A stretch of 64,000 nt of DNA from Guillardia theta CCMP2712 (lineage: Eukaryota; Protista; Cryptophyta): contig NW_005434579.1 of NCBI RefSeq assembly GCF_000315625.1, positions 159,584 to 223,583 of the forward strand, given 5' to 3'. This document shows, in pieces, positions 34,701-47,003 of the stretch; the first letter of the stretch is position 1; each line of letters starts with the position of its first letter. The notes under the pieces were generated by a model. It had not been told where the DNA came from, did not search any database, and was given only the letters and a program-made list of their open reading frames with translations. The position numbers and the translations under genes are program-made.

Positions 34701-37700
34701 AGATGAGGTGACCTGAAGTCGCTCGTAGGGGGATCGGAGCATGGCGATGAGGGGAGGAAGTACTCCAGCATCCACGATCGATTCCTCGAGCTCGGGGTCG
34801 AGCGCAAGGTTTCGGATGACGATGGCAGCCTGCTCCTGGATCTTCTGTTCGGAGGAGGAGAGGCAAGCGATGACGGGAGGCAGACAGCCGTCCTCCACCA
34901 TCTGCAGCTTGTTCTCCGGGTTGACAGAGAGGTTCCGCAGGGCGACGGCCGCGTGCTCTTGGATGGTCTTAGAGAAGCTGCGGAGCAGCGCTACGATCCT
35001 CGCTACCCCCCCTGCCCTCACGATCTCCATCTCATACTGCGGGCTGACTGAGATATTGCGGATGGTCCCAACTGCCTGCTCCTGCAGCTTCTCCCCGAGG
35101 GAGGGGTTGAGGAGCTCGAGGAGCGGAGGTATGCCCTGCTTCTGCACTATCACACCTCGGATGTCGGCGTCGATGGCCAGGTTGTGCAGCGTGCCAGCCG
35201 CCTGCTCCTGGAGCTCCTCCTGCTCATGGCGGAGGAGCTCAACGAGGGGGAGGACGCCATTCTCCTTGACCAGCTTGCTCCTGTTCACCTCCGAGGAGGT
35301 CAGGTGCCGCAGCGTCACGCACGCATGCTCCTGCACGGCATGCGACTTGGACCGGAGGAGCTGGACCAGAGGAGGCAGACCACCCTCGTACACGATCACG
35401 TTGCGCGCCTCCTCTACTGCCGACAGGTTCCTCAGGGCTCCGCACGCGTGCTCTTGGAGGGTGGTGTCTTGGATGGAGAGGAGGGAGATGATGGCGCGGA
35501 CCCCCCCCTCCTCGATGATCTTGACCTTGTTGTCGTTGTTGACGCTCAGGTTCTGGACAGCAGCGCACGCCTGCTCTTGCACGCGGACGTTGGGGGAGCG
35601 GAGGAGCTTGAGGAGCGGGTTGATCGCTCCGACTTGAACCATCTTGACTTTGTTGCTCGCGTTCACCGCAAGGTTGCGGAGGACGACGCCGACCTGCAGC
35701 TGGACTTCTTCCTCCGGGGACTCTAGCAGGCGGACGAGTGGAGGTAGAGCTCCTTCCTGTTGAGTGCGAGTGAGGAGGAGTGAGGAGGGGAGGGAGGAGC
35801 AGGAGGAGGGAGGAGGAGATGGAGGAAGGGAATGGAGGGAATTGTTTACGTGTGGGTCTTTTAAGTTTTTTTCATTTTCAACTGGCAATTTTCGAGGGAC
35901 ACCAAAACCGGGAAAAAGAAGGGGGGTAAAAAACCCATTTTTTTCCCTCCCGAACCCCCCCCCCCCCCCCCCTCCCCCCCCCCGCCCCTCTCAGTCAGAG
36001 TCTGTCTGTCTGACTGATTACACGAGGTGCAGATGCTACGGCAGACCGACTCTCTCTCCTTCCCTCCTTCTCCCTCCCTCCTCTTCCTCCTCCCCATCGT
36101 CACCTGGAGCTGCAGGCTGGCCTTGACGGAGTTGAGCATAGCGATAAGAGGAGGCAAGCAACCCTCTTCAACGATCCTGATCTCATTCTCGTCGCTCAGC
36201 GACAAGTTCCTGAGCGTGACTGCCGCATGCTCCTGGATGCTCTCCAGCGGCGACCGGAGGAGGTTGACGATGGCAGGAACGGCTCCCTCCTCTACCATCC
36301 TCACCTCGTTCTCAGGATCCAGCGAGAGATTTCTCAGCACGACGATCGCCTGCTCCTGTATCCCTGCGTTGCTCGACGCCAGCAGGGAGAGGAGCGCTGG
36401 CAGCCCCCCATGCCGCACCACCTTCACCTTGTTCTCTTCATGCACTGAGAGGTTCCTGAGCGCCAGGAGCGCAGCCTCCTGTAGCGCCTCGTCCGAGGAG
36501 TAGAGCATGCTGATCAGCGGCTCCAGCCCTCCCTCCTGCACGATCGCCACGTCGGTCCCGGGGAGGAGGGAGAGGTTGCGCAGGGTCATGGCGGCCTGCA
36601 GCTGCACGCGGGGGCTGTGGGACATGAGCAGGGTGATGAGGGGGCCGACGGCGTTGGCAGCGACGATCTGCTCCTTGTTCTCCTCGAGGACGGAGAGGTT
36701 GCGGAGAGCGCCGGCGGCGTGCTCGAGGACAGGGATCTCGGGGGAGAGGAGGAGGGAGACAAGGGGCTCGATCGCTCCCTCGTTGACGATGAGACGCTCG
36801 TTGTCCGGGTTGATGGCGAGGTTGCGCAGGCTGACAGCCGCATGCTCGTTGAGACGGAAGTTCCTGCTGCGCAGCAGGTCGATCATGGCAGGGATCGTTC
36901 CCTCCTGCACCATCTTGTGCTCGTTGGTGGCATTGATGGAGAGGTTGCGGAGAGCGACGGCCGCCTGCTCCTGGGTGAACTCGTTCTTGCTCTGGAGGAG
37001 GAGGACAAGGGGCTTCAGCGCCCCCTCCTGCACGATCTTGACCTTGTTCTCAGCGTTGACGGAGAGGTTGCGGAGGATGACAGCTGCGTGCTCCTGTATG
37101 GCTCGCTCCTCCATCTTGAGGCAAGACACCAGGACCGGCAGGCCGTTCCCGGCCACGATTTTTACCTCATTCTCGGCGTTCACCGAGAGGTTCCGCACAC
37201 AGCCGATCGCCTGCTCAATTACTGCCGTCTTGGGCGACCGCATGAGGGCGAAGAGCGGAGGGAGAGCGTCCTCTTGTACTATCTTGACCTGGTTGACCAG
37301 GTTGCTCGCAAGGTTGCGGAGCACTCCTGCTGCCAGCTGGCAGAGGAGGTGGTCCTCGCTGCGGAGCAGGAAGACCAGGGGGCCGAGCGCTCCCTCCTGC
37401 ACGATCCTGACCTTGTTGTCCTGGTTGGCGCTGATGTTGCGGAGGGAGACGAGGACGTGCTCGTGGATCTTGGGGTCTTGGGAGCGCAGGGCTGAGACGA
37501 GAGGAGGGATGCCGTTCTCTGCTGCGATCCTGACCTCGTTCTCCGGGCTGAAAGAGAGGTTCCGGATGGCAACGGCTGCCTGGAGCTGGATCATGGGGTC
37601 GGAGGAGCGGAGCATGGCGAGGAGAGGAGGGAGGCCTCCTTCGGCGACGATCTTGGACTCGTTGTCCGGGTTGACGGAGAGGTTGCGCAGGCTGACAGCC

Positions 37701-40563
37701 GCATGCTCCTGGATCTTCTCGTTCTGTGAACGTACGAGGGTGAAGAGTCGAGGAAGAGCTCCCTTGGCGACAATCTGCAGCCTGGTCAGCAAAGGCCCAG
37801 CAGGAGTAGAGGAGAAAGGAGAGGAGGGGGAGAGGAGGGGAGAGACGATACTCCCGGGAGGGGAGGAAAGGGGCAGGATAGTACGAAGGGGGAGGGAGAG
37901 GGAAAGGAGGGAGGAAAGAAGAGGCGACAGAGGCAGGAGGAGGAGACCTTGGACTTGTTCTCGTTGTTGACTGAGAGGTTTCTGATGGCGCCGCACGCCT
38001 GCTCGACGAGGACCTCGTTGGGGCTGCTCAGCATGGCGACGAGGGGAGCAAGCGCTCCCTCCTGCACGATCTTGGTGTCGTACTCGGGGTTGACGGAGAT
38101 GTTTCGGACGGCAACGGCCGACTGCTCCTGGATCGTCTCCTGCGGAGAGCGGAGGAGAGCGACGAGCGGGGGGAGGCCGCCCTCGTGCACGATCTTGACC
38201 TTGTTGTCAGGGTTAACGGAAAGGTTGCGGATAGCTCCGCACGCCTGCTCCTGGATGGAGGGCTTGGGGGATCGGAGGAGGGTGATGAGCGGGGTGAGCC
38301 CTCCTGCACTGACGATCTTCGTCTCGTTCTCTGCGTTGACGGAGATGTTGCGCAGAGTGACCAGCGCCTGCTCGACGATGTGGTCGTCTGTGTGCTGGAG
38401 CAGCTCGATGAGAGGAGGGAGCGCGCCCTCGTGCACCAGCGCCGTCTCGTTCTCCTCCGTCAGCGACACGTTTCTCAGCGCCACCGCCGCCTGCTCTTGG
38501 ATCCGAGGGAGCGGGGAGGAGAGGAGGATGATGAGTGGGGCCAGTCCTCCGGCCTGGGAGATCCGGTTCTTGTTCTCGTCGTTGACCGACAGGTTGCGCA
38601 GCAGCGTCGCTGCCTGCTCCTGGATACGCTCGTCTGGAGAGCGAAGCAGACCGATCATGTAAGGTAGAGCCCCCTCCTCCCCGATCTTCCTGCTGACCTC
38701 CCTCTTCATGCTCAGGTTCCTCAGGGCGCCGCACGCATGCTCCTGCACGTCCTTGTTGTCGCTTCTCAGCAAATCGATGAGCCCTCCGAGCCCTCCCTCC
38801 TCCACGATCCTTGTCTGGTTGTCCGGGTTCGACGAGAGGACGCGCAAGGCAGCAGCCGCCTGCTCCTGCACCCCGACGTTGACAGAGCTCAGGCATGCGA
38901 CGAGGGGAGGGAGCGACCCAGACTCCACCACAGCCACCTTGTTCGCGGAGTCCAGCGCAACGTTGCGGAGGCAAGCAGCAGCGAGCATCTGGAGGTTGTC
39001 CTCGTACGCTCGGAGCATGTTGATGAGAGGAGGGATGATCCCCTCCTGTACAACCTTGAGCTGGTTCTCCGAGTTGGCGCACAGGTTCCGCAGCGCGATC
39101 ACCGCCTGCTCTTGGATCTCCATCACAGAGGAGGAGAGGAGCTCTATCAGAGGACGCAGGCCCACGTCTCGAGCAATCTTTACTTTGTTCTCGTCGTTGA
39201 CGGACAGGTTGCGGATGGCCCCACAAGCGTGGAGCTGCACCTCTGTCGAGGGGTGCGAGAGGAGAGCGATCAGTGGGGGGATGGCTCCCTCCACGGCCAT
39301 CTTAACGTCGTTTCCCTCCTTCACAGACAGGTTCCTCAGCGTGGCAGTTGCATGCTGCAAGATGTTCACGATGGGGGATCGGAGGAGCGCGATCAGCCCT
39401 GACAGCGCCCCCTCCTGCACGATCTTGGTCTTGTTGTCGTAATGGATACTGAGATTCCTCATGGTTCCAACAGCAAGCTCCTGGATCCTCTCCTCCGGGC
39501 TCTTGAGCAGGGTCACGAGGGAAGGCAGCACGCCTTTCTCCGCCATCCGCATCTTGTTCTCCGCGTTGATCGAGAGGTTCCACAGCACCATGATCACCTG
39601 CTCCAGGACCTTGAAGGACGGGGTTCGCAGCAAGGGGATCAACCATGCCAGTCCTCCCTCCTGAACAATCCTGACCTTGTTCTGATCGTTCTCCGAGAGG
39701 TTGCGGAGGGCTCCTGCAGCGTTCTCCTGAACATCCAGGTCGCTGCTTCGCAGCAGGTTGATGAGCGGAGGGAGGCCTCCTTCCTGCACGATTTTCACCT
39801 CGCTCTCGCTGTTCACCGAGAGGTTCCTGAGGATCACAGCTGCATGCACTTGGAGCCGAGGCTCGTTGGTTCGAAGGAGGGAGATGATGGCAGGTAATCC
39901 TCCCTCCTGGATGATGTTCCGTTCGTTCTCTGTCGTCAGGCTGAGATTCCTGAGGATCACAGCTGCCTGCTCCTGCACTACCAGCTGGGGAGATCGCAAG
40001 AGGGCGATGAGAGGAGGCAGCGCCCCGTCCGTGGCGAAGTACACTTTGTTCGCATCGTTCACTGACAGGTTCCGCAGCGCAACAGACGCTTGCTCGACGA
40101 CCTTGTAGTTGGGCGACCGCAGCAGGTCGACCAACGGTTTGATCCCTCCCTCCTGCACGATCTTGAACTCATTCTGAGGGTGGACGGACAGGTTTCTAAT
40201 CGCTCCCGACGCCTGGATGAGGACGGGGTCACTCTGCGACCGCAGCAGGGCGATCAGGTGTGGTAGCGCCCCCTCCTGGACGATCTTGACCTTGTTCTCG
40301 TCATTCACGGCAAGATTGCGCAGAGTTCCTGCAGCTTGCTCTTGTATCTTCGGATTGTTTGATTGTAGCAGCCTGACCATGTATGTAAGAGCACCCTCCC
40401 TGACGATCTTGAGGTGATTTTCTGCATTGACGGACAATGACCAAAGGGCGCCTGCTGCTTGCTGTTGGATCCCTTCATTGGACGAGGACAAGAGATCAAC
40501 CAATGGCGGAAGACCTCCCTCCTGCACGATCAATTCTGCATTTACAAAGCCAAGATTCGGCAT
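28710..40563 (-). CDS. Giant armadillo-repeat protein (Vac8-like repeats), ~3,170 aa, ~75 repeats of ~41 aa, ~17 exons
   Basis: Continuous repeats with consensus EGGLPPLVALLRSPDEKIQEQAAVALRNLSVNPENKVKIVQ across ORFs 37786-40563, 35861-37996, 34032-35888, 33197-34303, 31040-32119 and 28793-30730. Last exon ends ALRNLSDTVK-TAG at 28710. Length is a hand sum of exons; extra 5' exons up to ~40930 are possible. Confidence 0.93.
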
Positions 40564-41284
40564 CTTTCAGGCTTCTATTCCTTGAAGTTGCAGACACAGA
40601 TTTCAAAAATCAAGGATGGAATTGGAACCTACAGTGAGCAGGGAGTCAGCAAAGTTTGAACAGAAGTCTTCGTTCGAGCAAGAACGCAACAACATTCTGA
40701 TGGCAACATCGCAATCGATCTTCATCACCCCATACCATTGTCTCAAACAACAGCACAGCCAACGATGGCGCAGACAGTGCAGGCAAAGACGATCTTCTTG
40801 AGCACCACAACACGGGTATCCCAACAAGGGCATTGCATGAGACGACATCATGAGGAGTGTTACGAGGAGCAATCGAGCACCTCTCATTGTTCTGATCCCA
40901 TACCTCCTCACCTTCGCTCGTATGCCATTGCTCGCGCCTGTTTCAGTTGATCCTCCTCCTAGTCGACGCCCCTATGAACCGAAATTCGACAGTTTTTACT
41001 TAACTATTTCGAGTACTAGATTACAGTTTGCCAGTTGTCTTTTACATTGAAATTTCATGATCAAGTTTGAAAACAAATTTCAATTATGAAAACAAATTTC
41101 AATCATAATTGAAATGTATCTGTCACCGAAGATTCTCAGCACCGGTGGTATAGTTTTATTATCAAAGTTCACCCATTACAGGGTAGGGTACTTCTCGTTC
41201 ACCTATTTTTATCGAACAGGCTTGACGGCAGTGAAAACTTTCAAAGTTTCACTGAGCCGCGCCCTACATGCTGAGTACCGTACC

Positions 41285-41400
41285 TTTACTCAAAGTTAAG
41301 TTAAAATCAGTACGAGGACAATCAGGAGAGTCGGTCGAGGAGGCCGCTTGACCCAGTGACACTGTCGCACAGGCCAAACGGCGAGAAGAGAAAAGACTGA
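41285..41400 (-). repeat. Best-preserved copy of the dispersed intergenic element
   Basis: Minus strand reads GTCTTTTCTCTTCTCGCCGTTTGGCCTGTGCGACAGTGTCACTGGGTCAAGCGGCCTCCTCGACCGACTCTCCTGATTGTCCTCGTACTGATTTTAACTTAACTTTGAGTAAA, followed by GGTA. Confidence 0.85.
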
Positions 41401-41742
41401 TGGAGCGTATGCCAGCCGTGCCAGTCAGATAGCGCCGAGTTAACAAAAACTCTCCTGTAAACCAAGACGACTTACGTGTTTGCGAGGCGGCAATGTAGCG
41501 TGTGGGACGAAGAGGGGGAAGTTTCAGGCTACAGGCTAGCCGTCTTGCTAAGGTCCTCTTATGTCTGGATGCTTGGGTTTCACATCCTAGCATACAACGG
41601 TCTGTCTCTCATGTGCTCCTCAATTCTGGTTTTGTGTACATTAAACTCGGTCTTCGGAGCAAAAACTGTCTTGTTACAACTAAGGTCGATGTGATATCTG
41701 CGTGACTTTGGACTAGTACAAGTCTAACAAACTTGTATTCCG

Positions 41743-42300
41743 TCAAAGACAGCGAGAACCAAACCCAATCCTGCACCCGGTCCGGTACCCGGTGACAGGC
41801 CCACCGGTGACCGTACTCGGAGGCTCTGAGTGACGGACCGTCGTACGACGGTCAGTGATGGCCGCGGCGCCGCGCCGCGGCGGCCCCCGGCAGTCGGCAC
41901 GGTGCTGATCGGACTCCCGAGGACTCCGCCGGGCCGGGGGACTGGGACTCGGGATGACTGAGCCTAGTGACGGACTCGTGAGCGGCGCCGGGCGACCGCG
42001 GCGCGGCGCCGGCCCCACGGACCCGGGTCGCCGGGATCACCGGGACCATTGAACTTCCGGAACTTCGGAAGCCTTCACTGTCGTACGGCGTGAAGGCCGT
42101 ACGGTGGCAGCCTGTACGCCGCCGTACTGAGTTTCAAAGTTTGGCCGCAAGCCTTGCCAGGAAGTCAAGTTGACTGAGCCTGGCAGCCTAGTACGCCGCG
42201 CTAGTAGCAACTTGCCAAGTTGAGTCACGGTGAACTGAGTTTCATTAACAAAAAAAATCACGCCGAGATGCCGCAAGGCTTCAACGGAGTCACGCGCGGC
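41743..42300. repeat. GC-rich intergenic island starting with the 5' part of the element (41743-41774, -)
   Basis: Minus strand GCAGGATTGGGTTTGGTTCTCGCTGTCTTT matches ~10007-10036. Confidence 0.75.
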
Positions 42301-42440
42301 AGTTGGAAAATCTGACCGTTAGGCTCGAAGATGCGGTATACCGTACAAAAGCTAGAGGGCCTGAATGGACGCGCCTAACTACAACCACCGGGCTTTCCAC
42401 CGAGTTGCTGCGTGCTATCTCATTATCACTGCGAGCCAAG

Positions 42441-43657
42441 TTACATGTGCTTGTCGATGATAGGAGCCAGCTTCTCGACAGTGTCCGATTCATCCATGTT
42501 GCCCTCAATGCCTGGAGAAGGATTCACTTCGAGTCGAGTCCGAGCGGTTGTGACTTACCCGCAATGAAGTTCTTGAGGGGGATCTCGCCAGCGTCGGGGG
42601 GGCAGCGCATGATCATGGCCATGAACGCCTCCTTGGGGAACCCGTCCTTGTTGTCCGCAGGAAGCAGATCAAGAAACCAGGCGTAAAGCTTGTCCGGGCT
42701 TCCTCCGGTCTGAGATTCGCATCCAGTCAGAGGGAAGATGCTCCCACAGCGAGTACAGACCTTGGCGTGGAGAGCTTCCAGCTTTGGCTTGAGCTCAGGC
42801 ATGACGGCGTTTGAGTGCTTCCTTCGCTTGATAGCATCTCTCACCTGGGAGATCACCTGGCAGAGCATCAGCATGTAAGCCCCGCATGCACAAACGGGCC
42901 AGTCTACCTTCTCCTCGAAAATCTCAGGAGTGTCCTTGGCTGGAATCATTTTGGAGAAGCAGCTCACGAGCTGGTCGGAGGTGACGATGGGACCGTCGGG
43001 GCCTGGGCTCTTCACCTGCTCCTCGGAGACATCACAGAGGAACCTGAAGGTCGAATAACACGTCAGAATCTTAAAAACCAAAGAAGCTTCGCCAAGATAT
43101 TCAAGAGGGGAATGGTGTACGTACGCGACAGCCGGAGGAGGAAGAGGTGGCTTGCCATTAGTCATAGCAATGGTGTTGAGCATGTCATGGACAGCAACTA
43201 GACGACCGCCGACAAGGCCGTGATATTCTTCCAAGTCGGATCTGAACTTCTCGACGATGGTCTTAGCCTGATTCAAGTACATTTCAGGAGACGTACGAAA
43301 CACTATCCGGCTATCATTCACAGAGCTACGAGGCAATCAAAATACCATAAGGACTCACAACAAATTGCTACAGAGGAATCAGCCAACAACTGATATACTA
43401 TCTCGCACCTCGGATGCTCAAATTGTATAGCGTACATCAAACACCAAAATTCGCGTACAGAATCTGCCATAACCTTGCTTCACCCCTTATTCATTCCTTT
43501 TCATCACTTTCTTCCCTCGCGTCTCACTAGCCATCAAGCTCCCGCCTTCGATTCGTCTTCTTGTTACCTCTTCCTCCCTCCTCCCTCCTCCCTCCTCCCT
43601 CCTCCCTCCTCCCTCCTCCTCCCTTACCTCTGGATGGACATTGGGATCGGACGACAT
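42441..43657 (-). CDS. Hypothetical protein (multi-exon)
   Basis: MSSDPNVHPE followed by a GTAAGG donor; biased-codon exons (DAIKRRKHSNAVMPELKPKLEALHAK, LYAWFLDLLPADNKDGFPKEAFMAMIM); ends LAPIIDKHM-TAA at 42441. Confidence 0.7.
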
Positions 43658-45598
43658 GACTGATGACGCACAACCTTTGCACGCCAGAAGTTGAACCCAC
43701 CCCTCCAAATCCATACAACTACCCGGTCCTTAGCAATCCGGGCCTCGGCAAATCGGCACCCGGCATCGGGTTCCGGGGCCAACTGAGCTGGTCACTAACA
43801 TAGCCTCTGAGGCGGGTGAGCTTGCTATGTGTATTCCCCAACTTCACAAACTTCCAGGTGGGTAGTCCAATAGCTGTTTCAATCCAAACATTCTCTACAA
43901 ATTTTGAAATATTGTATTTTAATTTAAAAATATTTTGAATATTTGAAAATTTCTCTCGACACTACCCACTTGTTGAGTATTCCTCCTCCTTCCCCAGTTT
44001 CCCCCAGTTTGTTGGACCCCACCCCCCTAGTTTATCTATACACACGGGTCTTTGCTGTTTCCCGCCTCCGACAACCCCTGACTTATGACAAGGACGGTGC
44101 GAGTACCCTAGCTTATTGACAACCTACCCACCTTTTTTACTGCAAAAGTACCCCATCCGAAATATATCGACACCACCCTAGCCCGAAGAAATTACCCCTA
44201 CCCTCATGTCCACTTCAATCTCTTGATTCCACTACCCCTACCCCTATTAAAATGGAATAGCCCCCATAACGTGTATACCACCCTTGTGCTGTCATGTCCC
44301 ACCAAGCCTTTGACAGCTTGGGGTACCGGTATTCATACTACCACTACCCCTTATCTAATGGTACCCCACCCCCGGGGTCCGTGCACGCTCCCCCATGCCG
44401 GTTCTTCGACGATGGCTGGCGAAGAGGAGCAGGGAGGAGTCATGGAGGGAAGGAAAGGAGGCAGGCATTGCAAGAAGAGGCAGAGACGAAGACAACGATA
44501 GAAAGAGAAGAACAACAAGCCATAGGAGGGAGGATGATGTCTTTTACAAAGCGGAGAGAGACAGTATAGGCGTTGACTCACGATAGGGCTGAGGAGATGA
44601 GAAGGAAGAATTCGTGCATGATACGGAGGAGCCAAGAGATCAAGCGTGTGTGGATGTAGAATTAAGTTTGTTCTGAGGTAAGGTGAGCACATTTTTTAAT
44701 GCAGTGTCAAAGAGTAGACTGCATGGGTATTCTTGAGGTGCTCGTTGCCATAAAGGGATTGCATCGCGATCTTTCTTTAGCAATGAAGACAACTACCGTG
44801 ACAAGTCAGAATGTGTTGAGCGAGATGAGTGCATTAAACATGCGAGTGAAAATTCTTAAGATCTAGCGTAGACTTTATCGAGGGACTGGTGAAAAAAGAA
44901 TTGCGTCGTTTGAAGATGTCGTAATGACTGAGTGATGGAGGGTTGTCAAGAAAGCAAATGAGAAGCAAAGATCACAAAAGAATGATATCCCAGAGGTATA
45001 ATGAATTAAGGGAGAGAGAAAGAGAAGCTGAAGTTCTTGATTGAATGGGACGAGCGCAGCAGCAAACTTTGGACTCATGCAGGAAATTTGAGATATGACA
45101 TGGATCCTCTTGCTATTGTTGTTGCATTGCAACAAGTTCGTTACTCTCGCAGACTTTCCCCCTTTCATTGGGTCTTGTCTCATGGATTGTATCCCATCTA
45201 ATTTCCTTGCACTCACTCAAGTCTCTTCACAGGTGGCATATATGGTTAGGCCGCAGTTGAAGCAGCGATGATGACAGCAGTGTTGGAGGAAATGCACTAT
45301 GCTCATTGAAGCCGTGAAGCTGCCCTCCATTAGAAAGCTTTTGAAGGAGAAAGCAAGCAGGAGCAATGAGGGCTCGTAGGAAAAAGGATCTCTGAGGAAG
45401 CAGCCAGACTCGGGGTCGGAAGGCTTCCGTCGAGTATTGAACACCACAACAGGGCTTCCCCGTTGGATTGCATAGATTAGGTTCGCTTGATTGTTGGGGA
45501 AGGAGAGAGTTGGCACGGGGTCACCTTTGGTTGGATGCTGGACTGCCGTGTAATCTCATCCTTGGTGTGACCGCGTCAGTCACCATCCTTCGTCAAGG

Positions 45599-46758
45599 AT
45601 GCACAGAGACGGCTTGATCGATTTCACGGCTGGGAGTGTGTCAGGCCTCGTTGCCGATGGAGCGACCCATCCCATCGACACCATCAGGACGAGGCTATGG
45701 GTTCAAGGTCCTGCGACAGGGTTGGAGTATCGATATCGGGGGCTGTGGGACGGTTTCCGCGATATTGTGAGGAAAGAGGGTATCAATGCCCTCTTCAAAG
45801 GGTTTGGCAGCGTTGCTCTGCTCACTCCCGTGGCTCATGGGTTGTACTTCGGCTCATACGAGTGGTCGAAGATGAAGTTGCAGTCCATGACGACCAAGAG
45901 CGGCGCTCGCGTGATGGGTGAGACGTCTGCGCACATGACTGCAGGATTCTTAGCAAACTGTGTGGGAGCATTGATCTGGAACCCGATGGATGTGGTGAAG
46001 CAGAAGCAGCAGGCAGTAGTTGGCGATCTCTACCACGGTCCCGTCGATGGACTGGTCACGATATGGAGGGAGGGAGGCCTCATGCAGGGGCTGATGCGGG
46101 GCTACTGGTCTGGCATCGCCACTTACGGGCCCTTCTCCGCCATCTACTTCATGACGTACGAGCGGTTCAAGCTTGACTGCATGCGGTACAAGTTGACTTC
46201 GGGCAAGCTTAACACAGCGCATTTCATAGGTGAGCGATACATTTCGCGCTCGTCTCCTGCATCTAACGTGACGTCAGTTGGTGGTTTCTTCGCTGGTACT
46301 GTGGCGGCCATTGCCACTGCCCCGATCGACCTGATCAAGACGAGGATCCAGGCAGAAACAATCTTTCATTGTTGCGGCACGAGGGAATGAATGACGTGCG
46401 GTTAGGTTTGCGATGGATACCGTGGGGTTGTTCAGACTGCTACAAGGCTGGTGGGTCAAATGTGTCTTTTCTTTCTTACAACTTGATGACTCCAGTGTTT
46501 CCTTCATCCCCCTTGCACGCTTCTTTCTCTACCGCTCGGGAAACGTACCAGCTCACTTGCTCATGGACGTTGTTGCCAGGTGAAGGAAGAGGGCGTCGGC
46601 ATCTTCACCAAGGGGCTCATGGCCCGAGTGATCTGGGTGGCTCCAGGATGGTGAGGTTGAGATGAAAGATGCAAGGGAGATTGATTTTCTGCAGTGCAAT
46701 CACCATTGCCGTGTTTGAGGATGTCAAGATTCTCATGGGTGGCAAGCCCTCCCTATGA
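45599..46758 (+). CDS. Mitochondrial carrier family (SLC25) protein
   Basis: Three Px[DE]xx[KR] signatures (PIDTIRTRL, PMDVVKQKQ, PIDLIKTRIQ) plus EGINALFKG and EGVGIFTKG; ends GKPSL-TGA. Confidence 0.93.
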
Positions 46759-47003
46759 TGGCGGACCTTTCTCTTTTCTGTATTTCTGCGTGTCGTTACT
46801 CGTTCTAGTTCATGTTCGTGAGATCAAATCTCATGTGTTTTTCTTTCAATCCACGTTTTTCGATAAGATTTCATGAGATGTTTTGTGGCAGTTTTTTCCT
46901 ATTACCATAGAACACTAAAGTTTTCAATACAGATTTTTCTATTCAAACAAAACAAGTGCAAGTTATGTACACACCCTTGTTTACAGGAAAGAACAAACTA
47001 GAA

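Noticed and set aside
35860-35990. AT-rich, homopolymer-laden stretch in an ARM intron as an inserted element
   Set aside because: It sits beside a long poly-C run, looks like low-quality read sequence, and shows no terminal repeats.
29430-40417. Long plus-strand ORFs (e.g. 36507-37970, 32574-33905, 34741-35637)
   Set aside because: Antisense shadows of the codon-biased armadillo exons.
40603-40911. Signal-peptide-like ORF (MRGARLLLVTLLMM) as the ARM protein N-terminus
   Set aside because: Could not be joined in frame with confidence; alternative splice readings exist, so it is left unresolved.
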